From Cladosporium halotolerans (lineage: Eukaryota): a stretch of 64,000 nucleotides of DNA. The position numbers were made by a program, and so were the translations under genes. The stretch covers positions 62,001 through 126,000 of the forward strand of contig NW_027191456.1 in the NCBI RefSeq assembly GCF_011745625.1. Reading direction: 5' to 3'. Under the pieces are notes generated by a model. It was not told the DNA's origin, searched no databases, and saw nothing but the letters and a program-made list of their open reading frames with translations. Positions 27,570 through 39,231 of the stretch are shown here, one piece after another (position 1 is the stretch's first letter; every line of letters starts with the position of its first letter).

Positions 27570-27610
27570 TTTTGCTCTGCTCCCCATTCGTGGGGAGCTC
27601 AATATTTTTT
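27570..27610 (+). terminator. Pol III termination region: T4, then a UUCG hairpin, then T6
   Basis: TTTT 27570-27573; GCTCCCCA-TTCG-TGGGGAGC 27579-27598; TTTTTT 27605-27610. Confidence 0.6.
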
Positions 27611-28049
27611 CGGTAGCATGTCCATGGTGCCAGGAGCCGATGTATCTCGCTTGGCTGCCGTCCGGGGACTTTGTGGTCGCGGGTGAGCTGGCGTTTTGCT
27701 TCGAAAGCTGCGCGCTCCTGAAGCGTCAAAGTGGTATATCATCAGTCAATCTCTTTCCAGACGGCAAGTGGCTGCTCGCAGAGGATATCCAGGGACACGA
27801 TGGGTGAGAGAGGTATCGCAAAAGATGAACAGCCGCACAAGCTATCATGGGAGGCGCGTAACAGCTCACTTGATTGGCTCAATCAACATGCAGACACACC
27901 TAAGTCGGTTGTCTGTGCGTGCATCTGGCACCATGTCGTGACATGGGTAGGAGAATACTCATTTTCTTTTTAAGCATCATGGAATTGCAAAGTATGCATC
28001 CACTTCCAGGTATCGTGGTCTTGGACCCGGTATACCAAAAGCTCTGAGC

Positions 28050-29471
28050 ATGAGTGCTTCCGTTGGCGATGAGAACATCTCAATCCCAGGATCCAGCTGG
28101 CGCATGCTATGGACTGGTCAGTTCAACGAGTTTCAGCTGGACATTGTTGGTTTCCTGGCCATTTTAGGCGAAGGCTCCATCCTATCCACTGCGCAGATAT
28201 CGGCTTTGTCCTGTCTGTTCTACTTACCACGACTTATACCGGCCCCACAAGCGTTGCTTCAGACGAAACGCCCTTCAGCCTTGCCGTCAGAGCCGGCAAC
28301 AGTGACCGCTGTGTACTCTGGGAACATCAAGGAGCATATCCCTCACATAGCTCATGTCTTGCTGTAAGTAGACACTTGTCAGGCAAGACGTGACTAGGAC
28401 TGATTCAACATCAGCGCGAGAGAGATGCCACCGTTTACGGTACGCTGCATAGTCGTAAAGGCAAACAAGGCTCTGCAAGCAAAGCCTGTTACGAAGGTGG
28501 ACACTCTTCTTCGAGGGCAGCCTGCGATAGCTAGAACCCCTTCGAACAAGCACGATCCTCCCTTGGTCAAGCTCAGAGCCTACGGACCGCTGGCTTGGGT
28601 GACCTTGCTTGGCTTCTTCATGTCACTCGCATTGCTCATCGTCTCCCTTGTGTTGGGCGACGGCATGTCTTTGTTAGCTACATTATTGCTGTCTGCTCTC
28701 TCTACGATGGTGGGTATAAGCAACAAATGGGAGCTAAAGCTGCCTCGATACTCGAATAGCAGCGCAAACCTTCCGGCTGGCGACGTAGTCATCCGCTTCC
28801 CCAACAAAAGCTTCCTTATCGTGATATGCGAAGAGGAAGTCGCACGAGAACTCTTCTGGGCTGTCGAAGAGATCCAATATAGGGTCCGCGATGCCACCGC
28901 CTACCGCTTGATCTCACTGGTTGGTACCATGATGCTCATGCTTGGAGTCATCGTCCTGGCAAACGCCAAACTACCGCTTAAGTTTTGTTGGACGGGCGCG
29001 TACCTCGTCCTCAATGCCGCACACTGGAGCGCTGCAGCGCTGCCGCAGAGATTGCACTGGGATTTGTCCTGCTTCGATATTGAAGAGCATGGTATCGCCG
29101 GCGGTCCAGCCAACCGAACGTACATGGATGCATTAGGCAAGGCGATTACGGTCACCAAGAGTGTTGAATGGCTCCGGCATGGACAAGCTGTGCCCTTCAC
29201 GCAGAAATGGAACGAGTGGCTGCTGGAGGCGGAGAAAGCTGCGAACACTGTTGGGCACAGAACTGATGTTGTCGCCGATCGGCTTTGGAGAACTGCTAGG
29301 TCTGACAATATGGGTACCGTTTGGGATGTGCCTGGAAAAGACGTTTGGACAGCTCGAAGCTCCTGGGATAAGATCAATTGTAAGCCGCCCGAGAGTTCAA
29401 GCACTGCTGATAAGTATACCGGCGAGCCGGCCGTCGGTCCCCTACGTAAGAGCAGTAAGTACGATGTATGA
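28050..29471 (+). CDS. Uncharacterised fungal multi-pass membrane protein, 2 exons
   Basis: Exon 1 FQLDIVGFLAILGEG..LPRLIPAPQALL; intron ~28364-28414; four hydrophobic segments in exon 2. Confidence 0.72.
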
Positions 29472-29945
29472 ATTTGCATCTAAGGGTTTGTTGAGATGGG
29501 ATTATTGGGGGGGATTGGGGGGATGAGCATCAGGCGTCCTTATATTTGCTAATGATTTGTGCCTGAAGGTCCCTAGGTAGGTAGAGTCCTAGGCGTCTAT
29601 CGGACCTCTATTCTGGAACACACTATGGTCATATATGAGCGGAGGATGTGCGACATGAGGCCTGCTTGACACCGCACCTCTTCCGCCAAACAAAGTGTAG
29701 ATAGTACCGGTAACATGTGCCGTGCGTACCTTGCACTTTGAATGTGGACTTATTACCGATTGACAAGCCCGAGAGCTGGTCACATGTTTTCAGACTCGTG
29801 GCGGACCAACAGTCACGTTAGGATTGATAGCTCCACCAATGTTCGAACATGCTTCAAATCGAAATTTAAATGCTTGTTCTCAAACAATCTACCAGCACCG
29901 ATGCCAAGATCTGGCTGAGTAAGAGGTGGAGCCTTTCAGCTAAAT

Positions 29946-31630
29946 CTACTCACGACCACCCCTTGCAAGTTTGGCGATAATCCCTGCGGAGGTGTCTCTC
30001 CCAACGCCTTGCTCTCTTGCTGCGGCACTGATTTCCTTCGCTTTCGCTGTAAAGGCCATACCATCAGGTCCCGAGGCGACTTTGACAACATCATCCCTGA
30101 GGCACTCGGGAGTCCAATCAGGGGAGGTCTCACGACATCCCCAAATACCGACGCCAATTTGTTCAGCCAGTTGGGCGTAATTATACGTGTCGGTCCAAAG
30201 TGGAAGCACGATTTGGGGAACGCCAGCGCTGTGACAGTTAGCAAAACTCGGTGCGAGAAAGATCTTACAGACTTGAGATCACTTACGCAATGCTTTCGTG
30301 AAATCCACTTGCGCCGCCGTGGGTGACGAAAGCGGTGATGTGACCCGACGACAGTAGCGAGAAAGGATCAACAGTCAGCCATGGAGTCACTGTGACCCGT
30401 CCAGTCTCTTCCAGGGGCACCATCCAACTCCGCCAGTCGTCATCGAGAGTATCAGCAAGCATGTATTTCCACAAAATCTGCAGGTCGGTAGCCTCCAGGA
30501 TCTTTTGGATTCCTTCGATCATGATCCTGGTGTGCGTCCGGCTGTAGTGGAATGCAGAACCGAGGTTGATCAGCACCGTGGGCTTCTGCTTGATCCATGC
30601 CATGAGTTCTGCGTCTTGGTCCTCGGCCGGAGCGGCGGACAGCGTCATAGGGCCAGCACATGTCACGTTAGCTGGCACAAAGTCGACGGGGACGGTCGCG
30701 GCGTGAGTGGTTTGAGTGATCCATGGGACGTCGTCGCGATGCAAGCCGTAGAATTTGATGGGATCGGGCACACCGTTAGCCTTGAGGAACTCCTGCTTGG
30801 CTGAGATGTCAGGCATTTTCGCGACGCTTGAGATCAAGCGGAAGTTCTGGTAGATGTTCTGTGCCATCAGTTTCAAGGGTATAGGAAAAGGGAATCCCGA
30901 GCCCATTCTGCAAGGCATTTGTCAGTAAGAAGCCTCGTGACACACTGTCAGCTTGAGCTTACGCTGGGTACTTCCATAGAAAACCAAGCCACGGTTGCTC
31001 CCCAGGAAAGTTGTCAACGAGCATGTTGGGGGTGATGAAGGCGTGTACCCGCTTCCTCGCTCGAGTAGCCTCAATCGCAGGGGCGAAATTAGTGTCCAAG
31101 ACGACAACAGCTGGGTCGACCCCGTCAATGAGGCTCGTGATCTGTTTGAAGTGGGCGAGGTGCTCTTCCTGGAACCAAGGATCGATGTAGATCTGTATGT
31201 TCTTGCTGATGTGATTGATGCCCTCAATCCCATGTGGAGAGATGTGCCCGAGCCTGCCATCTTCGTCGTATCGTAGGTGCGGGTAGTTATCGTACGCGTC
31301 GCTGCTAGATAATCCGCTCAGAGGGTGAAAGATAATTTCTTTGGCCTGCGAGTTGTTGCGTTTTGCGTAAGAAGAAATCCTAGTCATGGTGTTTGCAAGC
31401 TTTGGGAAAGATCCGAAATGGACCTGAATGTCCGGATGCGATTCAAGCAGGCTTTGCGCGGTGGCTGCATGGACGTTCGACAGGCCAGGATGCTCGTTGA
31501 CAAGGAAGAGCACAGTATTATTCTTTCCTCTGACATAGTCTCTGGGCTCAGGAATCGGCTTAAATTGTTGCTGTAGAGCGATGAGGATCCCTATGATCGC
31601 TACTACCACAAAGCTGATACGTCCAAACAT
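29946..31630 (-). CDS. UDP-glycosyltransferase (GT1 family) with N-terminal signal/anchor, 3 exons
   Basis: PSPG-like motif WLTVDP.SLL...AFVTHGGASGFHESIA|AGVPQIVLPLWTD; VLINLGS; N-terminal hydrophobic FVVVAIIGILIAL. Confidence 0.87.
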
Positions 31631-32023
31631 GGTCACAAACTGGCCATGTATTGCTATTTGGGATCGACAGTGAGTGCAAGGACGATTGGTAGACAAAGTA
31701 TAAGGGCAAGAGAACGTCAGCGCTGAAGACTACTTGTACTAGGACAGTATCGCCCTTTCTATGCCATCCTCAGCTGAAGCGCATGATTTGACTAGACTTT
31801 ATCCGTGAGCGTTGATCTGCAGTTAACAAAGTAAAGCGAAGTCGGAGGTGGCTCTGCGCAACCTCATTGGCTTGCTACCTTAGGCCGTCCATCGCGATCC
31901 TTCGTAATGCGAGACCGACACATCAGGTACGTAGGTTCTCATACTGAATATGAGGAACTACAATGCCAACGAAGAGTATCTATCTCATACCGGCGCCAAA
32001 ACGCATCTGCACCGAGATGACGG

Positions 32024-32041
32024 AACCCTAACCCTAACCCT
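32024..32041 (+). repeat. Short interstitial telomere-like repeat (AACCCT)3
   Basis: AACCCTAACCCTAACCCT. Confidence 0.5.
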
Positions 32042-32742
32042 TGCAACCCAGCCTCATTTCGTCAATTCGCGTCCCTGCCGGCCTAGCCGCCTCTGTCAAC
32101 CGCCTGTAGGGCGCCTTCAATAGCGAGGTCGAGGCTGCCGTCACGAGCCTCATCGACGAACAGAACCTGGCTAATGGTGGCAGGGACCATTGCCGCCGCC
32201 ACGATTTCGCCATGCGGCGGCCCAACAATCTGCTCGACCAGGACCTACAGAGGAATCTCATGCTAAGCAATTGGATGGTGATCGACACGAGCAAATCAAG
32301 CTCGGGGTTGTAAGCTGCCTTTGAGGTGTGCTACATTTTCTACTTGCCACAAATCTGTCACAGTCTGATCGGCACGGGCAAAATCGCACCTGCACTGCTC
32401 GCGTTCGCGCGTGGTTCAAAACCTGGAGAATTAGACCTTCAGAGTGTCACTACAACATGAAAGTAGAGAATCAGATTGAGGCTAACGCAGTAAGTGACAG
32501 TCATTCACTGTGTGATTTAATCTCCATGTATTCTCAGATCCTAATATACAATTCCAGTGCGTAAAAGAGCGGCCGGCCTGTGGCCAATAGATTTTTTCTC
32601 ATCAACCATCCGAAGTCTCGAAACCTTCCTCGAGACCCGTGAAGTCACCCAGCCATCATTCTGTCTGGGTTCAGAATTAAACGCGATCTCTCTCGTGCTC
32701 TCGACGGCGTCGATGAGCTTGTTGTCGTATATAGATGCTCGC

Positions 32743-33984
32743 TTAGATGCTGTAGGAGGAGGGAGCGCCAGAGCCCGAAGCGCTGTCGTCGCTGCCGGAA
32801 GAGTACGAAGAGGGCGCGTCAGAGCCCGAGGAAGGAGAGGACTCAGAGCTGTCAGAGCTGCCAGAGTAGTCGCCGCCAGCGCCAGCGGAACCAGAGCTGC
32901 CAGCCTCGCCGGATGCAGAACCAGAAGCCTCGCCAGACGCGGAGCCGCTAGCCTCGCCGGAAGCAGAGCCAGAGCTAGAGCTGCCGCTTTCACCAGAAGG
33001 AGAGGACTCGGCGCCCTCGCTGCCAGAGCTGTACGGGGACGGGGCGCTGGAAGAAGAGTCGGAACCCTCAGAACCCTCCGAGCCAGCATCGGGAGCAGAG
33101 GGAGAAGCCTCGCTGTCAGAGCCGCCAGAGCTGTAGCCGCCGAGTCCAGACTCGCCAGAGCCCTCGCTGGAGCCCGAGCCGGAGCCACCGAGACCGCCGG
33201 AGCCACCAAGGCCACCGAGGCCACCAAGACCACCGTGAGAAGAGCCGGAGCCGGAGCCGCCGAGACCACCAAGGCCACCGAGACCGCCGTGGGAAGAGCC
33301 TGAGCCGGAGCCGTGGCCACCGAGGCCACCGAGGAGGCCACCGAGACCAGAGCCGCTGCCGGAGCCGTGGCCTCCAAGACCTCCGAAGCCACCAAGGCCT
33401 CCGGAAGAAGAGCCGCTGCCGGAGCCACCAAGGCCGCCGTAAGATGAGCCGGCGCCAGAGCTGGAGCCACCGAGACCACCACCGAGGCCTCCAGTGGGAA
33501 GAGGGATGGAGGAACCGCTGCCGCTGCCGCTGCCACCGAGGCCACCAAATCCACCGAGACCACCGGAGCTCGAGCCAGAGCCACCGAGGCCACCAAATCC
33601 ACCAAGACCACCGCTGGGCGAAGCAGAGCCGGAGCCACCGAGGCCACCAAGACCACCAAGGCCTGCTCCGACCGAGGCAGATCCAGTGGGGTACGGAGCA
33701 GCAGCAGAAGCGTCAGCGCCGCCAGAAGCAGAGCCGCCGGCCGATCCGCCAACAGAGCCGCTGGCAGATCCGCTCGCGGAACCAGTAGTGAGAGGAGCAG
33801 CAGGGCTGGCCTCAGTGCCGCTGCCGCCGGAGCTGTATGAGCCTGGGGCGGAAGGGCTGCTCTCAGAGCCAGAACTGTAGGAGTCCGGAGCTGAGCTGCC
33901 GGAGCTGGAGTCGTAGCTTCCCTGGGGCAGGGGAGCGGCGGCCACAAGGGCGAGAAGGGCGGAGAAGGCGATGACGTTCTTCAT
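32743..33984 (-). CDS. Secreted Gly/Ser-rich repetitive protein (413 aa)
   Basis: Signal peptide MKNVIAFSALLALVAA|APLPQ; strongly biased codons; central GGLGG(F/L)GGLGG repeats; acidic Ser-rich flanks. Confidence 0.85.
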   Translation of the reverse strand: MKNVIAFSALLALVAAAPLPQGSYDSSSGSSAPDSYSSGSESSPSAPGSYSSGGSGTEASPAAPLTTGSASGSASGSVGGSAGGSASGGADASAAAPYPTGSASVGAGLGGLGGLGGSGSASPSGGLGGFGGLGGSGSSSGGLGGFGGLGGSGSGSGSSIPLPTGGLGGGLGGSSSGAGSSYGGLGGSGSGSSSGGLGGFGGLGGHGSGSGSGLGGLLGGLGGHGSGSGSSHGGLGGLGGLGGSGSGSSHGGLGGLGGLGGSGGLGGSGSGSSEGSGESGLGGYSSGGSDSEASPSAPDAGSEGSEGSDSSSSAPSPYSSGSEGAESSPSGESGSSSSGSASGEASGSASGEASGSASGEAGSSGSAGAGGDYSGSSDSSESSPSSGSDAPSSYSSGSDDSASGSGAPSSYSI

Positions 33985-35641
33985 TGTGATGGTTGTTGTG
34001 TTTGTGTTGTTGTTAAGAGAGGTGAAGAGAACGATGGGGCAAGGATACCAGATCCGAATGTAACGACTGAGGAAAGATGAAATCGAAGGAAGCGCACTGC
34101 ACTGAGTTGATTGTAGGATGGAATGAAGAGAGACTGCACCGAGAGAAACAACTGACCTTCTTATAAATGCGATCCTCTTGTGGCCTTCTAGGAAACTCTT
34201 CTAGGGTTGTTATTGTGCGACATGGCGGACTCAACGAGACTTCCCAATCCGTACAGAGAGAGTCATGCCTCCTCCCGACTGCGCAAGTTCCATGGTTTGA
34301 TGCCAGAGTTAGAAGGGAGGTGTTGTCGCAGGATGATGGATCCGAGGCACTTGAAACGCGGAGAGGCGTCCCCCACATCGGCCGCTGTTCCCCTTACGAG
34401 CAGCCTTGTCCCTAAAAGCCATGCCTATACTGCGGGAATGCACCTGATATAGCATGGATGTGCATCGCAGATCAGTGGTCGGCGCATGGCGTGGTCAGAG
34501 CTCGGCGGCGGTTCTTGTTACACCATAAGCGCTGGGATGTCCGGCTCAGGACTATTGCCTTTCTTTACCTCATGCAGAGTCCGGGGGCGAGCTTGACCAC
34601 CCGGCCGCCTGGGGGCCCGGTCCAGTGATGTCGACACCTCTGAAACATGCAGGCCGGACTATGAACGCTCTAGGCCGCCGTTTGTGGAGGCTGGATGAAC
34701 ACCGGGCGGCGTTTGAGCTGACGCGTTTGGGCGGCCGTGAACTTTCCTCCACCCTCAAACGCTGGACTTCCTCATCACACAGACCAAAATCCTGCAGATC
34801 CGTGCAAAACAGGAGATGCGACTCATGGCACGATCGCATACTTGCAGAGTCGGGTGCAACGGCGATTGCATGACGCTGGGCGCGATGGAATAACCGCTCA
34901 CACGCAGCACGCCATGCTGCTTCACGTTGCTCAACCGTTCACCTGGTGAAGTCATGGCCCGAGAACGATCTTCAGCTCGTCTACAGTAGCATCTTGCTCG
35001 GCCATGGAGTCATGGGAGCGTCGAAATCTGGTAACTGATGAGACACACGGATCTGATGCGAGCGTCTTTGCATCATCACGTGATCCGATCAACGTCCATT
35101 CTTTTCAACACCTGGAGACTCTTCCCCGGATACTGCTCGAACACACAGAAAAATCGTCGCTAGATAATTACAAGAGATTGGTAGCGGGTCTCCCATAGCG
35201 TTACTTGCCTCCACATTCGTCGAGGTTGGTCCCAAGATTGCGTACAGATTTCCTGGCCGTCCAAGTATCTAAAGCTCCTGAGCCGCCATGCTTCAGCTCC
35301 GAGCCACCAGGTTCGCCAAGTGTGTACACAGCTTACTGACAGTGTACACGTCGACGATATGGCCAAGTATTATTTCGTTGTCTGCGAAAATCGCGTGGCT
35401 TAAACGCCGTCTTTGATGTCTCATAGTCCCGCCCCCTCAGCATCTTATACAAGTCATTGTTTCGATTGTTCTGATTTCGCTAAGATTATCAGTACGCGAT
35501 CGTCATCAAACAAAGAACAAAGGAAGACAATGGCATCTCCAAGAAAAGAACCTCACCAAGGATAGCCATATTGCAGAGGCCTCGGCCACCAGGGCTTTCC
35601 CTGGCAAACCACACTACCCCTACGGTCGTTACAACATCATA

Positions 35642-36223
35642 ATGTATACTACAGGCTGGATCCTATCCGCGCTGTTCGCCTTGACGGCTACAGCATCTCC
35701 AATCAACAGCACACTTCTCGAGCGCGGTTCCGCCGATACTTTCAACATCAATGTCTGGAACAACTGCCCCTTCACCAAACAGTTCGCTCTCTACCAAATC
35801 ACAAGTGATTTTCGGATGATCGAACGTTCTAAGCCAACAAACCTTGCCCCAAAGAAGAAACTTACCATCGCTGCGCCCTTTAAAGACCTTGGCATGCGTC
35901 TCTCCGGTCACGCAGAATGGGCCACCGCCGGCCAGTGGAAAACACAGGCACTTTTCGAGTTCGGCTACAGCCAGTATGCCGGCAAAGATGGCACTGCGTA
36001 TAATCTCTCCGTCATGAAAGGTAGCGATGGCGATATTGGCGTCGGTGTCTACCCGATCCCGAACGGTAGGGGCTCGAAGCAATGCCCTAGCAAGACGTGC
36101 TTCCCGTGGGATTGCCCGCCGTCGCAGGGTTGGACGGATCCGGACCAGATCAACATTGGCAGTCCGGCTGATACGGTCTGCTATCATGGGCGCACTGATT
36201 TCAAGGTTGTGTTCTGCCCTTGA
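35642..36223 (+). CDS. Small secreted thaumatin/osmotin-like cysteine-rich protein
   Basis: Signal peptide plus LLER propeptide; INVWNNCPF, ALFEF, YNLSVMKG, C-terminal FKVVFCP; 6 Cys. Confidence 0.78.
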   Translation: MYTTGWILSALFALTATASPINSTLLERGSADTFNINVWNNCPFTKQFALYQITSDFRMIERSKPTNLAPKKKLTIAAPFKDLGMRLSGHAEWATAGQWKTQALFEFGYSQYAGKDGTAYNLSVMKGSDGDIGVGVYPIPNGRGSKQCPSKTCFPWDCPPSQGWTDPDQINIGSPADTVCYHGRTDFKVVFCP

Positions 36224-36733
36224 CGTTTGGGCTGCCTTGGTGTTTCTTGATGTCATTGTTCAAAGTTGTCTGATGCGTTCTGAGCGGCATTCGGTATGAG
36301 ATTCGGCAGAGACGCGACGTTCACGACTAGCAAAAATGTATAATGTCTTTCGAATATAAGCAGCATGCTACGTTTCAATTGAGCTCATCTTACCTTAATC
36401 AATCCTGACAGCCTGTGGTTAGCGCCACAGCCATGGCGTATTCTTTTTGGCGATCACCATGGCAGTCTTCCTGTCAGGACAATCTGATTTGACCAAATCT
36501 GTAATGAAACTGACAGTAATCAGCATGATTGCATGTGAAATGATAAAGTGTGGTAGAAGTGTGTGTCAAAAACCGCCTCCCTCTCCAGGCGGCGGTGCTT
36601 GCACCAGCCACACACCGCCCCGCGACGACTGGGCTTCGCGCCGCAAGCCAGCGCGCGACTCCAGCGCGACTTCACTTCTCGACCCACGCGCGGCGCATAG
36701 CGAACATCACAAGCCTGGAACACCACCGGAACC

Positions 36734-38736
36734 ATGCCGCCTTTTCGCGATGACCAAATACTCGTAAGCGCAATCCTCTTGCGACTCCGCGACAAGCTCT
36801 TCATCTACTGACATATGCGCCGCAGATAATTGCGCCTGGGTCGCAAACCACCCTCGCGCAGCTCGGTCTGCCCGAGTCTTATACCCCCGCGCGGTCAAGA
36901 CTGCGTTCGCGCATGTTCCCTGCTGAGAAGGAGGGCGAATTTGAACCGGTCAAGATCAGGCGACGAGAAGACAACGCGCCGGCGCACAATGGCGACGGCC
37001 ACGAGGGAGCCACAAATGGAGAGAACGACGAGAACGACGGCTGGGAGGAGGACCACATTAGCGAAGAGGGCGCCGTGTGGCCGATGAAAAAGGGCAAGAT
37101 TGTGGATTGGCCTGCGTTCTACGCCCTTATGACCCACGTCTACAACACCGTCAACCCGCCTTTCCACACGCCCGTACTGCTCATCAGCGAGCCCGTCTGG
37201 ACACCGAAAGATCTGGAGAAAGTCACGCAGTTTTTCTTCGAGAAGTTCAAGGTGCCCGCCTTCGCGGTCATGGATGCGGCTATGGCAGCGACGTACGCGT
37301 ACGGTGTGCCCACGGCGACGGTGGTGGACGTTGGAATGGAGAAGGCGGATATCACATGTGTCTCTGACCACGTGCTGCATCACATTGGCCGTAGCTTGGC
37401 AGTGCCCGATTGCGGCGGCGAGTCATTGACCGACAGGCTTGTGGAGGTGATGAAAGGAAGGAAAGGGTTCGGGAGGGAGGTTTGCGACCAGCTGAAGCGC
37501 AGTGGCATTTGTGAGGTCTTGCCGAGCGATGCTGAAATTTTGAAGAATGATGCTGCAGTTGAGGACGACCCTGCCAACCCGGCAGCTGCTGCGTCGACTG
37601 GTATTGATGGCGAGGGACAGCAAAGAAGCAACAGTTCTGGGGCAGTTGGAGATGTGCCTCGGGGTCCAGGACCCGGGACAGAAGTTGGCGAAGAGAAGCT
37701 GGAGGATGAAGAGGGCGTTCTCGACATCGCCAGCATTGTTACTGGTGGCAACATGAGCGAATATCTTGCCCAAAAGGAACGAGAAAAGGCGGAGAGGGCT
37801 GCTGCGAAAGGCAAGAAGGGAAGCGACTCTCAACCTGCGACAGCTGCGAAACCTGTCAGGCTTCCCAACTCAAAACGCCTGCGTAACAGCTTCATGTACG
37901 AGGACTTCAATTTGCACAACGCGATGAAGAAAGCCGGCATGTCGGGCGAAAACATGGCAGAGATGCACTCTGCACTAGACGAAGGCCCCAACAAGCGTCA
38001 AAAGACCCCTGAACCAACCTCAGCAGTATCAGAGAACGCGGCAGATGGCGCGCTCGAAACCACGCAAGAAACATCGTCTGGCTCCATCTTCCGCCGTGAG
38101 ATTGAGGTCGGTCCCGAGCGCTTCCAAGCAGCATCAGGCGGCATCCTCGACCGACTCGCCGACGCCGTGTACCGCACAGTGCAGTCGTGTAATGACATCA
38201 ACCGACGCAGCGACCTGTGGGACAACATGATCATCCTAGGCAACGGCTCGCGAGTCCGCGGCTTCAAAGACGCGCTGCTCGCCCGCCTGAGCGAAAAGTA
38301 CATCATCTCGCCCTCGTCCGCCACAATCTTCACCTCCGAGCTCCCTTCCAACCTCTCCACACCCATCGCGACCGGCGCCAACACACCCATGCCCCAAATG
38401 CCGGGCCAACCCCACCCCTCCTCGGGCGTTAACCCGCTCCTCGTCGCTGCCACGACCGCACAAAACCCGCATTTCAACCCGGCGCAGTCCACCTTCGGCC
38501 ACCAGAGCAGCCACTCGCACTCCGGCCACGGCCAGACGCCCACAAGCATCAAGCTCGTCAAGTTTCCGGAGTACTTCCCAGAGTGGAAAGACGTCGGGTA
38601 CGATGAGGCGGCGTTCCTAGGCGCGCAGGTCGCCGCCAAGGTGCTGTACGTCAATGACAGCACGGGCAGCGGCTACATGAACCGCACGACGTACAACGAC
38701 CAGGGTCCGACGGCGATCCACGAGGTGGCTATGTAA
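36734..38736 (+). CDS. ARP9: Actin-related protein Arp9 (SWI/SNF and RSC subunit), 2 exons
   Basis: MPPFRDDQIL|IIAPGSQTTLAQLGLPES, WPMKKGKIVDW, TVVDVG, EVGPERF, PEYFPEWK...FLGAQVAAK. Confidence 0.88.
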
Positions 38737-39231
38737 GTGTGAGTTCGAGAGGGGAAAAAGCGTTGCTTCGGATGGGATGGGATGGAATTGTGCTATAGCG
38801 TAGGAGTTCATTCTCCAGGAGGAGAACTGGATGATGGTGTTCTCAGGCGTGCAATATTGAGGCCGCCTTTACTGGAGGATCAATGATATAGACGCCACTA
38901 GGGCGTTTCTTTGCATTACCATTTCGAGACGTTTGCCTTTTCTTTTGCCTTTACCACGTACTATTATTGCTCGCTATTGCGGGTGTCAGCAGGCACCGGG
39001 GATTTCAAGGACATCACGAGTCCACCCAGAAGGCATAGGACGAAGGGTTGATCCACGGTCTATGCACCAGAATATGGGTCAAGGTAATGGTGGGGTGCTT
39101 TCGCAGGTATCAAATTTGGACCGTAGCAAGTAAATGTACAAAAAAAGCGCGTGTAAAGTCGAGCCCGTAGCGGTTGCGGGGGAGCCCAGCTGGTAAGACA
39201 GAAAAACAGACTCTAGGAAAACTCAATCGCT

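Noticed and set aside
27575..27680. Minus-strand AAAGTCCCCGGAC resembling RNase MRP conserved region I
   Set aside because: No proper CR-V partner at a suitable distance and no GARAR P8 hairpin; the nearby GGGGAGC belongs to the tRNA trailer hairpin
32024..32041. Telomerase RNA template candidate (contains TAACCCTAA)
   Set aside because: Three full repeats rather than about 1.5; the intergenic space (~1 kb) looks too small; no pseudoknot or CR4/5 recognised
35019..35045. GTC-GAAA...CTGATGA-GAC, hammerhead-like core words
   Set aside because: Only 8 nt separate GAAA and CTGATGA, too few for stems I and III
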